From assembly GCA_000092065.1 (NCBI GenBank), contig CP000582.1: 64,000 nucleotides of DNA; one strand, 5' to 3'. The stretch comes from Ostreococcus lucimarinus. Taxonomy: Eukaryota. Within the stretch, counting starts at the first letter, position 1. Every line of letters begins with the position of its first letter. Below, piece after piece: positions 8,959 to 18,938 of the stretch. The notes beneath the pieces are model-generated. The model was not told the origin of the DNA. It saw only the letters and a program-made list of their open reading frames with translations, and ran no database searches. A program made the position numbers and the translations under genes.

Positions 8959-10743
8959 ATGGGCTTCAAAGAGCTCCTCAAAGACTCCGTCACGGAGGTC
9001 TTCACCTACCGCACCACGAAGCTCGTGAAGACGAACGATAAGTTCTTAGTGACGCTGCACTTCATATTCATGAGCCTGATCGCGACGTTCGCGCTGGTGT
9101 CGATCTTATTGAGTCATAACTACATGCTTTTCGAGCTTCCGGCGCTGTACGTGACGACGACGTATCAGAAATTCGGACCGGATCCGGTGACGAGCAACGT
9201 GGTGCTGGCGCGTGAAATCGCGCAGAATGCGACTGTGGATTATTGTAACACAGGGTACGTGAATTGGCGTCGAGGGGGGAAGGTGTTTGACGACGCTTAC
9301 ATGACGGCGCTCGAATGTACGGCGCAGCACGCGCCGGCTGAGTACGTGTGGCCGTTCGATGCGGGGAATGGGATGACCATCGGCACGTTTGCAGAAGTAC
9401 ACTCCGTGACGAGATCGTGTACATCACCGGGCGCGTCGACGTACGGGGCGGCAGGGTGTACGGAGACTCAGACGTCGCCGCAAGCGTACATGGTGGTCGG
9501 CGTAGACTTGCTGAGCATGCAGTTAGATATTCGGTACCAAACAGCCACTGGAACTCTTAACGAGGCGGAAGTCGTTGACGTAAATGGAGTAGAGTATATC
9601 ACCTCGATAACCAAGCCGACGGTCACGTTTCCGCAGTTGTTAGCCATGGCGGGGATCAACTCGCTCGACGAAACAAATCCCTCAATCGTCGGCGACCGAG
9701 GCTCCGTGACAGGGCTGCCCTATCGCATGTCGGGCCTGCGCCTGAACGTGAAGGTGTCGTTTACAAACACTTATTTTAGTAAACCGTTGAAGACGACGGT
9801 CACGGCGACTTTGTCTGCGGAACAAGTGAAGACGAATAACTTCAACGCGAAGACGACGGTGACGTATTTGCCTCACCCAACAGATGCCGGGATACATTCC
9901 ATATCGCGGTACTTCCACACGTGGGCCACGTCAACCGTCACGTTTGTGTCGTCCGGGCATATCGGCAAGTTCGACTTGTTCGCCTTGGCTCTCGCCATCA
10001 CGAACGCTTTCGTGCTAATTGGCATGGCGACGACCATCGTAGATTTTGTTGGCGTCATGTCTTCTGAAACGTTTTTAGACGACAAGTACGAAGACGACGG
10101 CGAACGTTTCGGTTTAGAAATGATGCTAGCGAACATCGAGAACGATGATCACCCGGGAGTGCCGTTCGATCCCAACGACTTGCGCTTGAAGGACGCTGCC
10201 GGCGACCCTGGCCTGAGCTACGAAAAGACACTCGAGCAGTTACTCGACGAGGTGCGGGAAATCCAAGAACAGCTCAGTCTGCTGCCGGAAGATGAAAATG
10301 AGCTTCGCGCTATCACTACTGGCCATGCTGAGGAAGAAGAGTATAGAAAGCTGCGCTTGATTTACGTCCCTGACCCGCTCTCAACTGAGGCAAACGACAA
10401 GTCCTACGTTCCTCCAGAGATTTTATTGCACGACGGTCAGCAAACGATCGGTCGTGGCATGGGGGGTATTGAAAACAAGGGCGTGAGTAGACAGCAGTTC
10501 TCAATCGCGGTCATCAAGGAAAGGATCCGCATGAAGTCTCTGCACGAAGGACCTGGGGTGTGGCGCCAGAGCTCAGGTCGTTGGGAGATGCTCCCAGTCG
10601 GCAAGGCCGCTGTCTTGAGTGTTGGCGATCGTTTGTGCTTTAGAATGCGAGAGGGTAAATTGGGGGGGCACGAAGGCGTGTTCACGCTCGATTTCCAAGA
10701 CACGCGCATGGAGTGCACGGTGTTTGGAATCCCGTTGCGTTGA
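8959..10743 (+). CDS. P2X-receptor-like ATP-gated cation channel homologue with a C-terminal FHA-like domain
   Basis: ATG confirmed at 8959. It has a P2X-like N-terminus with TM1 (FIFMSLIATFALVSILL), a Cys-containing ectodomain, and the hallmark pre-TM2 motif GKFDLFALALAITNAFVLIGMATTIVDFV (compare animal P2X GKFDIIPT...GMATV). The C-terminal roughly 110 aa (TIGRG...GVSRQQFSIAV...LSVGDRLCF) look FHA-like. Confidence 0.75.
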   Translation: MGFKELLKDSVTEVFTYRTTKLVKTNDKFLVTLHFIFMSLIATFALVSILLSHNYMLFELPALYVTTTYQKFGPDPVTSNVVLAREIAQNATVDYCNTGYVNWRRGGKVFDDAYMTALECTAQHAPAEYVWPFDAGNGMTIGTFAEVHSVTRSCTSPGASTYGAAGCTETQTSPQAYMVVGVDLLSMQLDIRYQTATGTLNEAEVVDVNGVEYITSITKPTVTFPQLLAMAGINSLDETNPSIVGDRGSVTGLPYRMSGLRLNVKVSFTNTYFSKPLKTTVTATLSAEQVKTNNFNAKTTVTYLPHPTDAGIHSISRYFHTWATSTVTFVSSGHIGKFDLFALALAITNAFVLIGMATTIVDFVGVMSSETFLDDKYEDDGERFGLEMMLANIENDDHPGVPFDPNDLRLKDAAGDPGLSYEKTLEQLLDEVREIQEQLSLLPEDENELRAITTGHAEEEEYRKLRLIYVPDPLSTEANDKSYVPPEILLHDGQQTIGRGMGGIENKGVSRQQFSIAVIKERIRMKSLHEGPGVWRQSSGRWEMLPVGKAAVLSVGDRLCFRMREGKLGGHEGVFTLDFQDTRMECTVFGIPLR

Positions 10744-11172
10744 GGAATAGAATAATTAAGTTGTAAATTGTCCAGTTATCCTAAGAAGACGAGTTTTACT
10801 CGCGCGCGAAACGCTCAAACTCGTGCGCACCGCATCGCATCGCATCGCATCGCTATCGCGGCTTGACTGATACTGTACAACTAATCATTTGATATACAAA
10901 TTCGAACAATCCCGTGTGGTACGTACGGGCTAAAAAATCTCTGTTTCCGAGCGCGCCGCCTTAAAGGCTATGCAAAACGTGTCGCGCAAGACGGTTCGAA
11001 CGACCGTTAACGGCCAGGTACCAAGTTGATGTGTTGCAAGTTGGAACGTGAATAGATGTGCGGTTGATGTGAGGATATTCTTGAAGACGTACGATACGCC
11101 GCGCGAAGACGCGCGACGAGCGACAAATCGTCGCTCGACGCGTTTCCATCGCGAGGAGGACTACGTCTTACA

Positions 11173-11734
11173 TTAGTCCTCCATGTCCATCTCCATCCTT
11201 TTTCGTTCCTTCTTGCTCATCTTGACCTGTCCGCCGGTGCGTTCGAACTCTTCTCTTTCGAGGCGAGCGGCGACCTTGGCCTCCTTCGCCGCTCTGCGTT
11301 CCGCCTTCGCGCGCTGCTTCGCGCGTTCGTGTTCGCCCATGATCTCGAGCGCGCTCTTCTGGCGACTGGCCTCGTTCAACTTTTTCGTCTGGGCTTCGCC
11401 CAAGATACCCTTACCGAACGATTTAATCGTCCCGTTCTGTTCGGCGCGAATCGAGAATCATCCGAGGTCAGTCTCGCCACGTCAGCATCCGCGTCAGCAT
11501 CCGCGAATCGCCGACCCGCGCCATCGATCCCGCGCCCGCGCGCGCGCGCCCCCCCGCCCCTCCGTCCCGCGAACGATTCACAAAAAACCCACGCCGCTCA
11601 AAACGTACCGCGATGTGCTGCTGCACCTCGTACGCGTTCACCTGCTGCGACCGGTTCATGTACGCGAACACCGCCATTTGTTCATCCGCGGTGAGCCCGT
11701 GTTGATCGAGCGAGGTTTGCACGTTGACCGACAT
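11173..11734 (-). CDS. Small charged/coiled-coil protein of unknown function, two exons (exon 1 11609..11734; intron 11437..11608; exon 2 11173..11436)
   Basis: ATG at 11734. Exon 1 ends ...HIA followed by GTACGT. The intron contains GAGACTGAC 28 nt upstream of a CAG acceptor. Exon 2 joins in phase 0 to the 11173..11403 ORF and ends in a Lys/Glu/Arg-rich tail (KKERKRMEMDMED). Confidence 0.4.
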
Positions 11735-12108
11735 TTGACCGTCGAGGTTGGTTGTGTGTGAGCGAGTGTCGTGTAACGCTTAAATTTCAAGCGTCGCCGT
11801 GTCGTCGCGCGGGGCGTCGACGGGTCGTTCTGAGTTCAGTAATGCCGTCGCCGCGCGCGCGCGCGCGACCCGCGTCGAGGTGCCGAGGCGGCCCGGGGTG
11901 GCGATCGCGTTTTTATTGGTCGTCGTGCTTCCATCTAGGCGAATGGGTCGCTCGAATACGGATCGAGCGGCCTCGGACGAGACGACGGGTCCCGACTCGA
12001 CGCGATCGGGGGTCGGGGGTCGAAACGATCCGTGTGTCGCGTGCGTCTCGCACCGCGCGCGTCCGCATCGTTCGCGTCGTCCGTCGCCGCGGCGACGCGC
12101 GCCGCTCG

Positions 12109-15100
12109 ATGGCGCGCGACGCCGCGCTCGGCGTCGCCGCGGACGACGTCGACGCCGTCCGTCGTCGCGTGCTCGCGCGCGCGGCGCGCGCGGCGCGCGA
12201 GGACGACGCGAACGATGCGGACGTCGACGCGGACGTCGACGACGCGCGGCGCCTGCGCGCGAGGCTCGAGCGCGACGCCGAGGCGACGCGGGCGGAGTAC
12301 GAGGCGGTCGAGCGCGCGCTGGAGGAGTGCGACGAAGCGCGGGACGCGCTGCGCGCGGCGGTGGGGAAGAAACGGTTGGAGGGACTGCGAGGGAAGATGG
12401 AGGCGCAGGCGGCGGCGGCGCGCGCGGCGGAACGCGCGGCGCGGGCGATCGAGGACGACGGAGGGACGGCGGAGGGAGAGGGAGGCGCGAGAGGAAGGGT
12501 CGCGTCGACGACGGCGACGACGCGCGGGACGGAGGGAGACGGGCGCGCGACGAACGGGCGGGCGAGGACATCGGCGGCGCGGCCGAAGCCGGACGACGAC
12601 TTTTTCGACGAGCTCTTCGACGAGCCCGCGGCGGCGAAAGCCGCGGCGACGGAGACGGAGCGCGAGCGGTTGATCAGGATTGGAGTTTTGACGCCGTTCG
12701 ATAGGCTCGATGGATTCGAACGCGTGGTGAAGGAGAAGGAGACGGCGACTAAAGCCGCCGCGGCGACCAAGGCGTGGCGAGATTCGAGGAGTCGAGCGAA
12801 GACGTTGACCGTGGAGGAAACTCCGCGGTTAGAGCCGAACGCGCGGCCGTTTGCGAGCCGCGCGATGAGAAACGCGACGAGCGCGGCGACGAAGCAGAAG
12901 ATGGCAGCGAAGCGTGCAGAGTGGCGGGCAAAGATGCGCGAGAACGACGAAGACGCGACGGGCGTCGCAAAGCGCTCGCGGCGTAACGGATTTCACGACA
13001 GCGACGAGGACCGAGCGGCGGAAGATGACGAAGACGAAGACGAAGACGAAGATGAAGAACCATTAGAGGACGTCGAGTTTGCGGGCGGATTATCGATCCC
13101 GGGCGATACGTACGAAAGGTTGTTACCACACCAAAAGACGTGCCTGAAGTGGTTGTGGGAATTGCACTGCCAACGCGCCGGAGGCATCATTGGAGACGAG
13201 ATGGGACTCGGTAAGACGGTACAAGTGGCGTCGTTTTTAGCCGCTTTACATCATTCGCGCATGTACTCGCCCTCGATCATCGTTTGCCCGGCGACGATGT
13301 TGCGGCAGTGGCGTCGAGAGCTTCGAATCTGGGCGCCTAAATTGAAGACGACAATTTTGCACGATTCAGCCATCTCCAGCGAGGCGGGCGGGAAGAAACG
13401 CGCGCGAGAGCGATTGTTTAACGAGTGCATTTCCGACGGTGACGGAGTTTTACTCACTACATACGAGCACATGCGAATGTTTCGCGATCGAATTTGCGCC
13501 GTGCGCTGGGGATACGCCGTCTTGGACGAAGGACACAAAATTCGCAATCCAGACGCCGACGTGACCATCGTCGCCAAGCAGCTTCAAACCGTCCATCGCA
13601 TCATCATGAGCGGTGCGCCGATTCAAAACCGCCTGTCAGAACTTTGGTCATTGTTTGACTTCGTGTTCCCTGGAAAGCTGGGCACGCTTCCCGTGTTTCA
13701 AGCGCAATTCTCGGTACCGATTCAAATCGGCGGTTACACGAACGCGAGTAATCAGCAAGTCACGACGGCGTATCGCTGCGCGGTGACTCTAAAAGATCTT
13801 ATCGCGCCGTATCTACTTCGACGCATGAAATGTGACGTAGACGTAAAGTTACCGGACAAAACTGAGCAAGTTTTGTTCTGTCCGATGACTTGCGAGCAAC
13901 GAGAAGCGTACCGAGCGTACTTGGCCAGTCGCGAGGTGGAGGAAATATTAGATGGCTCGCGCGAAGCCTTGGGGGGCATCGATGTCTTGCGCAAAATCGT
14001 CAATCATCCAGACTTGCTCGAGCGTCGAACGCAAGCCGCGAACGAAGGCTACGGCGACTCTGTGCGCAGTGGTAAGCTTCAGGTGACGCTCAAGGTGCTT
14101 TCACTTTGGCGCGAGCAAGGTCACCGATGCCTCGTGTTCAGCCAGACGCAGCAGATGCTCGATATCTTGGAGAGCGCAGTGGCGTCTGCTGGGTACAATT
14201 ACCGCCGAATGGATGGAAACACGTCTATCGCTTCGCGCATGTCTCTCATCGATGACTTCAACGACGACGACAGAGGCGTGTTTGTGTTTTTGCTCACCAC
14301 CAAAGTCGGCGGTTTGGGCGTAAATCTCACCGGGGCGAATCGCGTGTTGTTGTACGATCCCGACTGGAACCCTTCTACGGATGCGCAAGCGCGCGAACGC
14401 GCGTGGCGTATTGGTCAGAAGAAAGAAGTCACGATTTATAGACTCATCACCGCGGGGACGATCGAAGAAAAGGTGTATCACAGGCAAATTTACAAGGAAT
14501 TTTTGACGAGTAAAGTGCTCAAAGATCCCAAGCAGCGACGCTTTTTCAAAGCGCGCGACATGGCTGATCTATTCACCTTTGACGAAGTCGCCGCCGGAGG
14601 CGGAGACGCGCACGATAAGGCGACGATTGAAACCGTGGAGCTGTTCTCCGAAGTCGAGGGTCAGATCTTACGCGGCGACGTCGAGGACGAAGACGAAACG
14701 AAGGCAACGTCCGAGGATGGCGAAATAGAGCGCGACGCGTGGGACCCAGACGACAACGAGGCACCGCCACCGAAATCTAGAACGCGTCCTACTCGACAAA
14801 GTAACCGAGTTCGTGTGGAAACCGCGCGCGAGACCGCGTCAACAGCGAGCGGTGACGGCGGCGCTGGCGATTCGCAAATTTTGCGCGGTTTGTTCGATTC
14901 GGGAAACATTCAAGTCGCGATGAATCACGACAAGATCATGAACGCCGCAGGTGTCGACCGTATGTCACATAATGCTGAGGCGGATCGCGTCGCGCGTCGC
15001 GCGGCCGAGGCGCTTCGCTTGTCTACGCAAACAGCTCGCGCGGGTTTGGCCGTTCATGTACCGACGTGGACGGGCAATCGCGGCGCCGTTGGTGGCGCGC

Positions 15101-15522
15101 GGACTGGGGTGTCCGCCAACACCACAGCACGCCCGCTCGGACGTTTCGGTCGCACGAGCACGGCACCCTGCGCGTTAGCTACGGACGCTCCCGCCGTGGG
15201 CTCTCGCGCACTCCTTGACCGTATAGCCGCTCGACGAGAAGAAACAGCTCGAGCAGTCGAAGCCGATTTGGACAGTGCAGAGCTCGACGAAACTCAAGCT
15301 AACGAGCTCATGCGCGACATTATCTTACTTCTCAAATCTCGAGGCGGACGAGCACCGACAAACTTCGTCATAGACGCCTTCCAGGACCGCATCCAGAGTC
15401 ACCAGCACGCGCTGTTTCGCAAACTCTTGAAGCTCGCCGCCGACTTGGAGCGCAACACCGCGAGCTCTCGCCAAGGCGCCGCCAGCGCGTGGGTGCTCAA
15501 ATCAGAGTTCATGAGCTTGTAA
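12109..15522 (+). CDS. ERCC6: SNF2-family DNA translocase, ERCC6/CSB (Rad26) orthologue, transcription-coupled repair
   Basis: Near-colinear with CSB across the ATPase core: LLPHQKTCLKWLWELHCQRAGGIIGDEMGLGKTVQ, DEGHKIRN, FSQTQQMLDIL, LTTKVGGLGVNLTGANRV, WNPSTDAQARERAWRIGQKK. The conserved C-terminal VPTWTG motif and winged-helix tail are present. The track start at 11752 is a TTG in low complexity; ATG 12109 (MARDAALG) is chosen as start, and ATG 11842 is an alternative. Confidence 0.9.
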   Translation: MARDAALGVAADDVDAVRRRVLARAARAAREDDANDADVDADVDDARRLRARLERDAEATRAEYEAVERALEECDEARDALRAAVGKKRLEGLRGKMEAQAAAARAAERAARAIEDDGGTAEGEGGARGRVASTTATTRGTEGDGRATNGRARTSAARPKPDDDFFDELFDEPAAAKAAATETERERLIRIGVLTPFDRLDGFERVVKEKETATKAAAATKAWRDSRSRAKTLTVEETPRLEPNARPFASRAMRNATSAATKQKMAAKRAEWRAKMRENDEDATGVAKRSRRNGFHDSDEDRAAEDDEDEDEDEDEEPLEDVEFAGGLSIPGDTYERLLPHQKTCLKWLWELHCQRAGGIIGDEMGLGKTVQVASFLAALHHSRMYSPSIIVCPATMLRQWRRELRIWAPKLKTTILHDSAISSEAGGKKRARERLFNECISDGDGVLLTTYEHMRMFRDRICAVRWGYAVLDEGHKIRNPDADVTIVAKQLQTVHRIIMSGAPIQNRLSELWSLFDFVFPGKLGTLPVFQAQFSVPIQIGGYTNASNQQVTTAYRCAVTLKDLIAPYLLRRMKCDVDVKLPDKTEQVLFCPMTCEQREAYRAYLASREVEEILDGSREALGGIDVLRKIVNHPDLLERRTQAANEGYGDSVRSGKLQVTLKVLSLWREQGHRCLVFSQTQQMLDILESAVASAGYNYRRMDGNTSIASRMSLIDDFNDDDRGVFVFLLTTKVGGLGVNLTGANRVLLYDPDWNPSTDAQARERAWRIGQKKEVTIYRLITAGTIEEKVYHRQIYKEFLTSKVLKDPKQRRFFKARDMADLFTFDEVAAGGGDAHDKATIETVELFSEVEGQILRGDVEDEDETKATSEDGEIERDAWDPDDNEAPPPKSRTRPTRQSNRVRVETARETASTASGDGGAGDSQILRGLFDSGNIQVAMNHDKIMNAAGVDRMSHNAEADRVARRAAEALRLSTQTARAGLAVHVPTWTGNRGAVGGARTGVSANTTARPLGRFGRTSTAPCALATDAPAVGSRALLDRIAARREETARAVEADLDSAELDETQANELMRDIILLLKSRGGRAPTNFVIDAFQDRIQSHQHALFRKLLKLAADLERNTASSRQGAASAWVLKSEFMSL

Positions 15523-15670
15523 ATTAGCCATTAGTTAGCAGCACCCGTAGCCATTATAGATGACAATTGTCATAGAAACGTAGCAAACGCGACCGTCGAC
15601 GCCGTCGAGCCGCACTCGTCGTCGCGCCGTCGACCGCACGGCGTCGACACCGCGCCAATCTCGCGACAGG

Positions 15671-16279
15671 ATGACGTCTTTTGCGATAATGTCGCTTCCG
15701 ACGCCCACGACGGGTGCCGCACTTCGTCTTTTCGCCGCGTTCCTCGCGCACTTTCACCTGAGTGAGTTCGCATTCGCCCTGCGCTTCAACCCCCAAGACG
15801 TCAGCACGCGCTCGTTCCTGCTTTCCAGGCCCTACGCCGCGGCGATGACGTGTGGAGTGATTGAATTCGCCGCGTCGAGCGCGCTGATGCCCGAGCGTAA
15901 GGCGTCACTGGTTCGTGGGACGTTTTACCTCGGCGCGTTCATGTGCGTCTTCGGCGAATGGCTGCGCAAGTCAGCGATGTGCACCGCAGGGGCGGCGTTC
16001 ACGCACTTGATTCAGACGCGACGACGGGCGACGCACGTGCTGGTGACCGAGGGGGCGTACGCGTACGCGCGGCATCCGGGCTACCTCGGATGGTTCATAT
16101 GGGCGCTCGGGACGCAGTTGGTCCTCGGAAACGTGGCGAGCGTGGCGGCGTTTGCCGTCGTGACGTGGGTGTATTTTAAACGTAGGATCACATACGAGGA
16201 GCGGCATTTAAGGAATATGTTTTCAGAGTACGATGCGTACGCCAAACGCGTGCGAACATGGATACCGGGGATTAAGTGA
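15671..16279 (+). CDS. ICMT: Protein-S-isoprenylcysteine O-methyltransferase (ICMT/STE14 family)
   Basis: ATG at 15671. It is a multi-TM protein with the C-terminal ICMT signature LVTEGAYAYARHPGYLGWFIWALGTQ...EERHLRNMFSEYDAYAKRV. Confidence 0.8.
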   Translation: MTSFAIMSLPTPTTGAALRLFAAFLAHFHLSEFAFALRFNPQDVSTRSFLLSRPYAAAMTCGVIEFAASSALMPERKASLVRGTFYLGAFMCVFGEWLRKSAMCTAGAAFTHLIQTRRRATHVLVTEGAYAYARHPGYLGWFIWALGTQLVLGNVASVAAFAVVTWVYFKRRITYEERHLRNMFSEYDAYAKRVRTWIPGIK

Positions 16280-16408
16280 GTGGTCCGCCGCCGTCACGAA
16301 TCGCGCAAACGCGAATGCGAATTGATAGCTCACAATGCAATAGAAATTAGCGCTAGGATACAACTGATACAACGTTTCGCGCTCTAGAGCGCGCTCACTT
16401 CTCGTGCG

Positions 16409-17314
16409 CTACAGCACGCTCACGTCGTTCGAGACCACGACGTATGTTTCCGCACCGTTTGTCGCGTTGATGGAGCCTTTCGCATTGTTACGAAGCTCGC
16501 TCGACTCTATTTCGCCCTCGCAATCGATCAACTCCACGCCGTAACGCTTGTTACCGTTCAACGTACAGTGCCGCATGTGCACGACGACCCCTCCGCGGAT
16601 CAACGCCCCGTTGGCGTTGTTACCATCGAACGTGCACCGCTCCAACGTTGCTCGACCGCTTCCCGGCAAACCGGTCGAGTCCCCCAAACCGACGAATCCG
16701 TGCGACGCGCACCCGCTCGCGACGCAATCGACGAGCGTGACTTCCCCACCCTCCACCGCAAATCCCGAACCAGTCGTCGATTTCACCGCGCACGACTCAA
16801 ACGTCGCGCTCGAGCCCTCCACCGCGAAGACGCCGTAATTGTTCGCCACGGATTTCGACCCGTGCGCGACGTCCAAATTCTTCACCACCACCCCTCGACC
16901 GCGAATCTCCAGCACGCTCTCGTACGGATTCGACGTAAAGTGACTCAACGTCGCCCGGCCACCGTCCGCGACGTCGATCGTGAGTCCATCGACGTTCGCC
17001 GCGAACGTTCCCTCGTGCGCGCTCGCGGCGGCCAGCGTCACCGTCGACCCACTCCGCGCGTTCGCCAGCGCCTCTCGCAGCGACGCGTACGCCCGTCCGT
17101 CGACCGCGACCGTCGACGCCAAGTTTCCCGACGCCGTCGCGTCGCTCGCGTCGGCGCGCGGCGACCGGAGCGACTCGAAAACGACGACGGCGCGGACAAA
17201 GTCGCGACGGTTCAACTTCACCGCGATCGAAACCTTCGACGCGCGTTCGCATCGCGCGCGCGCGTCGCGCGCCGCTCGACCGCGCGCGGGCGTCGTCGAG
17301 CGAATCGCGCGCAT
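16409..17314 (-). CDS. Right-handed parallel beta-helix repeat protein (pectin-lyase-fold / CASH-like), hypothetical
   Basis: The C-terminal two-thirds consist of repeated G-x-x-V/I-x-N/D beta-helix rungs ([17 protein letters not shown]..., [16 protein letters not shown]..., [17 protein letters not shown]..., [16 protein letters not shown]...). The track ORF extends to 17467, which would abut the chorismate synthase start, so I use the internal ATG at 17314. The start is uncertain. Confidence 0.45.
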   Translation of the reverse strand: MRAIRSTTPARGRAARDARARCERASKVSIAVKLNRRDFVRAVVVFESLRSPRADASDATASGNLASTVAVDGRAYASLREALANARSGSTVTLAAASAHEGTFAANVDGLTIDVADGGRATLSHFTSNPYESVLEIRGRGVVVKNLDVAHGSKSVANNYGVFAVEGSSATFESCAVKSTTGSGFAVEGGEVTLVDCVASGCASHGFVGLGDSTGLPGSGRATLERCTFDGNNANGALIRGGVVVHMRHCTLNGNKRYGVELIDCEGEIESSELRNNAKGSINATNGAETYVVVSNDVSVL

Positions 17315-17475
17315 CGCCCGCGCGCGCTCGGACGCGCGACGCGCGCGCGTGTGCGGCGGCGCGTTTGATCCAAACGAACGAAACCCTCGACGAGGATCGG
17401 AGATTCGCGCGCGCCGCACACGCGCGCGCGCGACGCTCGAAACCGCGCCCGAACGCCGAGAACACATCGCGCGCG
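17315..17475. promoter_or_regulatory. Putative short bidirectional promoter (beta-helix protein minus / chorismate synthase plus)
   Basis: This is a head-to-head gene pair with about 160 bp between the chosen ATGs. It is an inference from gene arrangement only. Confidence 0.2.
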
Positions 17476-18852
17476 ATGCGCACCGCGCGCGCGACGTCGA
17501 AACCGAGCGCGCGCGCGGCGCGATCGACGACGAAGTCGACTCGAACGGCGACCGGGCGGACGCGCCCCGCGCGGTGTCCCGACGCCGGCGACGCGCGTCG
17601 AGGCGCTCGAACGATCCCGCGCGCGGGAAGCACGTTTGGACGGATATTCCGCGTCACCACGTTCGGGGAATCGCACGGTGGCGGCGTTGGGTGCGTCGTG
17701 GATGGGGTGCCGCCGCGACTGCGCGTCACGCGCGAGGAGCTGCAGTTCGAGCTCGACCGGCGACGCCCGGGACAGAGCCGAATCACGACCCCGCGAAACG
17801 AAGAGGACTCGTGCGAGATACTGAGCGGGGTCGGGCTCGATGGCGTCACGCTGGGCACGCCCGTGGCGGTGCTGGTGAGGAATAAAGACCAGCGAAGCCA
17901 AGACTACGGAGAAATCGCGGTGGCGTATCGACCGTCGCACGCGGATGCGACGTATGATATGAAATACGGCGTCCGAGCGATCGCCGGTGGTGGACGAAGC
18001 AGTGCTAGAGAAACTATCGGACGCGTCGCGGCCGGTGCGATCGCGAAGAAGGTGCTCAAGGAGGTGGCGGGGACGGAAATTTTGGCGTACGTGAGCGCGG
18101 TGCGCGACGTGAAAACCACCGCGGTGAACCACGAGACTATGACGATGGATGACGTTGAGTCAAACATCGTGCGGTGCCCGGACGAGAGTTGCGCGCAAAA
18201 GATGATCGATGCGATCGATGAGGTTCGGGTGAAGGGGGACTCGTGCGGGGGCGTGGTGACGTGCGTCGTGCGCAACCCACCGCGAGGCTTGGGTGCGCCC
18301 GCGTTCGACAAGCTCGAAGCCGATTTGGCTAAGGCGATGTTGAGCTTACCGGCGACGAAAGGTTTCGAAATCGGTAGCGGTTTCGACGGCACGTTGCAAA
18401 AGGGTAGCGAGCACAACGACGAGTTTTTCATGGATAGCGAAAAGGGTTTGCGTACGCGCACGAACCGCTCCGGCGGTATCCAGGGTGGCATCTCCAACGG
18501 GGAGATGATCGAGATGAAGATTGCGTTCAAACCGACGTCGACGATCACACAGGCGCAAAATACGGTGAACCGCGATGGGGTGGAGACGGAGCTCAAGGCT
18601 CGCGGTCGACACGACCCGTGCGTGGTCCCGCGCGCGGTGCCGATGGTGGAAGCCATGGTCGCGCTCACGCTCGTGGATCACTTGATGCTTCAGCACGCAC
18701 AATGCAACTTGATCGACGCTGGAGATTTGACTGAGCTCGTTCAAGGAAACCTGCCCACTCTTTACGACCCCGAAGCCATCGCCGCTGCGGCCGCGGCGTC
18801 CAAGGCGCAAATGACCACGAAGGACATGTCTGACGCGTTCAGCGAAGATTAA
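17476..18852 (+). CDS. Chorismate synthase with an N-terminal plastid-type transit peptide
   Basis: Mature N-terminus [24 protein letters not shown]. Further motifs: [48 protein letters not shown]. The track start at 17365 is a TTG; the first ATG is 17476, followed by an R/S/T/A-rich presequence of about 55 aa. Confidence 0.9.
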   Translation: MRTARATSKPSARAARSTTKSTRTATGRTRPARCPDAGDARRGARTIPRAGSTFGRIFRVTTFGESHGGGVGCVVDGVPPRLRVTREELQFELDRRRPGQSRITTPRNEEDSCEILSGVGLDGVTLGTPVAVLVRNKDQRSQDYGEIAVAYRPSHADATYDMKYGVRAIAGGGRSSARETIGRVAAGAIAKKVLKEVAGTEILAYVSAVRDVKTTAVNHETMTMDDVESNIVRCPDESCAQKMIDAIDEVRVKGDSCGGVVTCVVRNPPRGLGAPAFDKLEADLAKAMLSLPATKGFEIGSGFDGTLQKGSEHNDEFFMDSEKGLRTRTNRSGGIQGGISNGEMIEMKIAFKPTSTITQAQNTVNRDGVETELKARGRHDPCVVPRAVPMVEAMVALTLVDHLMLQHAQCNLIDAGDLTELVQGNLPTLYDPEAIAAAAAASKAQMTTKDMSDAFSED

Positions 18853-18938
18853 CGCATGACACTCACGTTCATTACCACATTTGATTTCACGTTCATTACC
18901 ACATTTGATTTCTATTATATCAGCTATTGATAACCCAG

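Noticed and set aside
11752-12108. Upstream extensions offered by the ORF track (for example 11752 for CSB, 5875 for Flv, 57134 for the CS-CSAD fusion, 3080 for the TLDc gene)
   Set aside because: The track uses TTG/GTG as 'M', as shown by the codons at 11752, 17365, 21314, 40976, 46742, 51342, 53790 and 60832. The extensions are Arg-rich low complexity and in several cases would overlap the neighbouring gene. I therefore moved the start to the first plausible ATG, which leaves some uncertainty.
13021-13070. (GAAGAC)n hexanucleotide repeat
   Set aside because: It is a coding repeat for the acidic DEDEDEDE stretch of CSB, in frame and expected for the protein, and is not a separate element.
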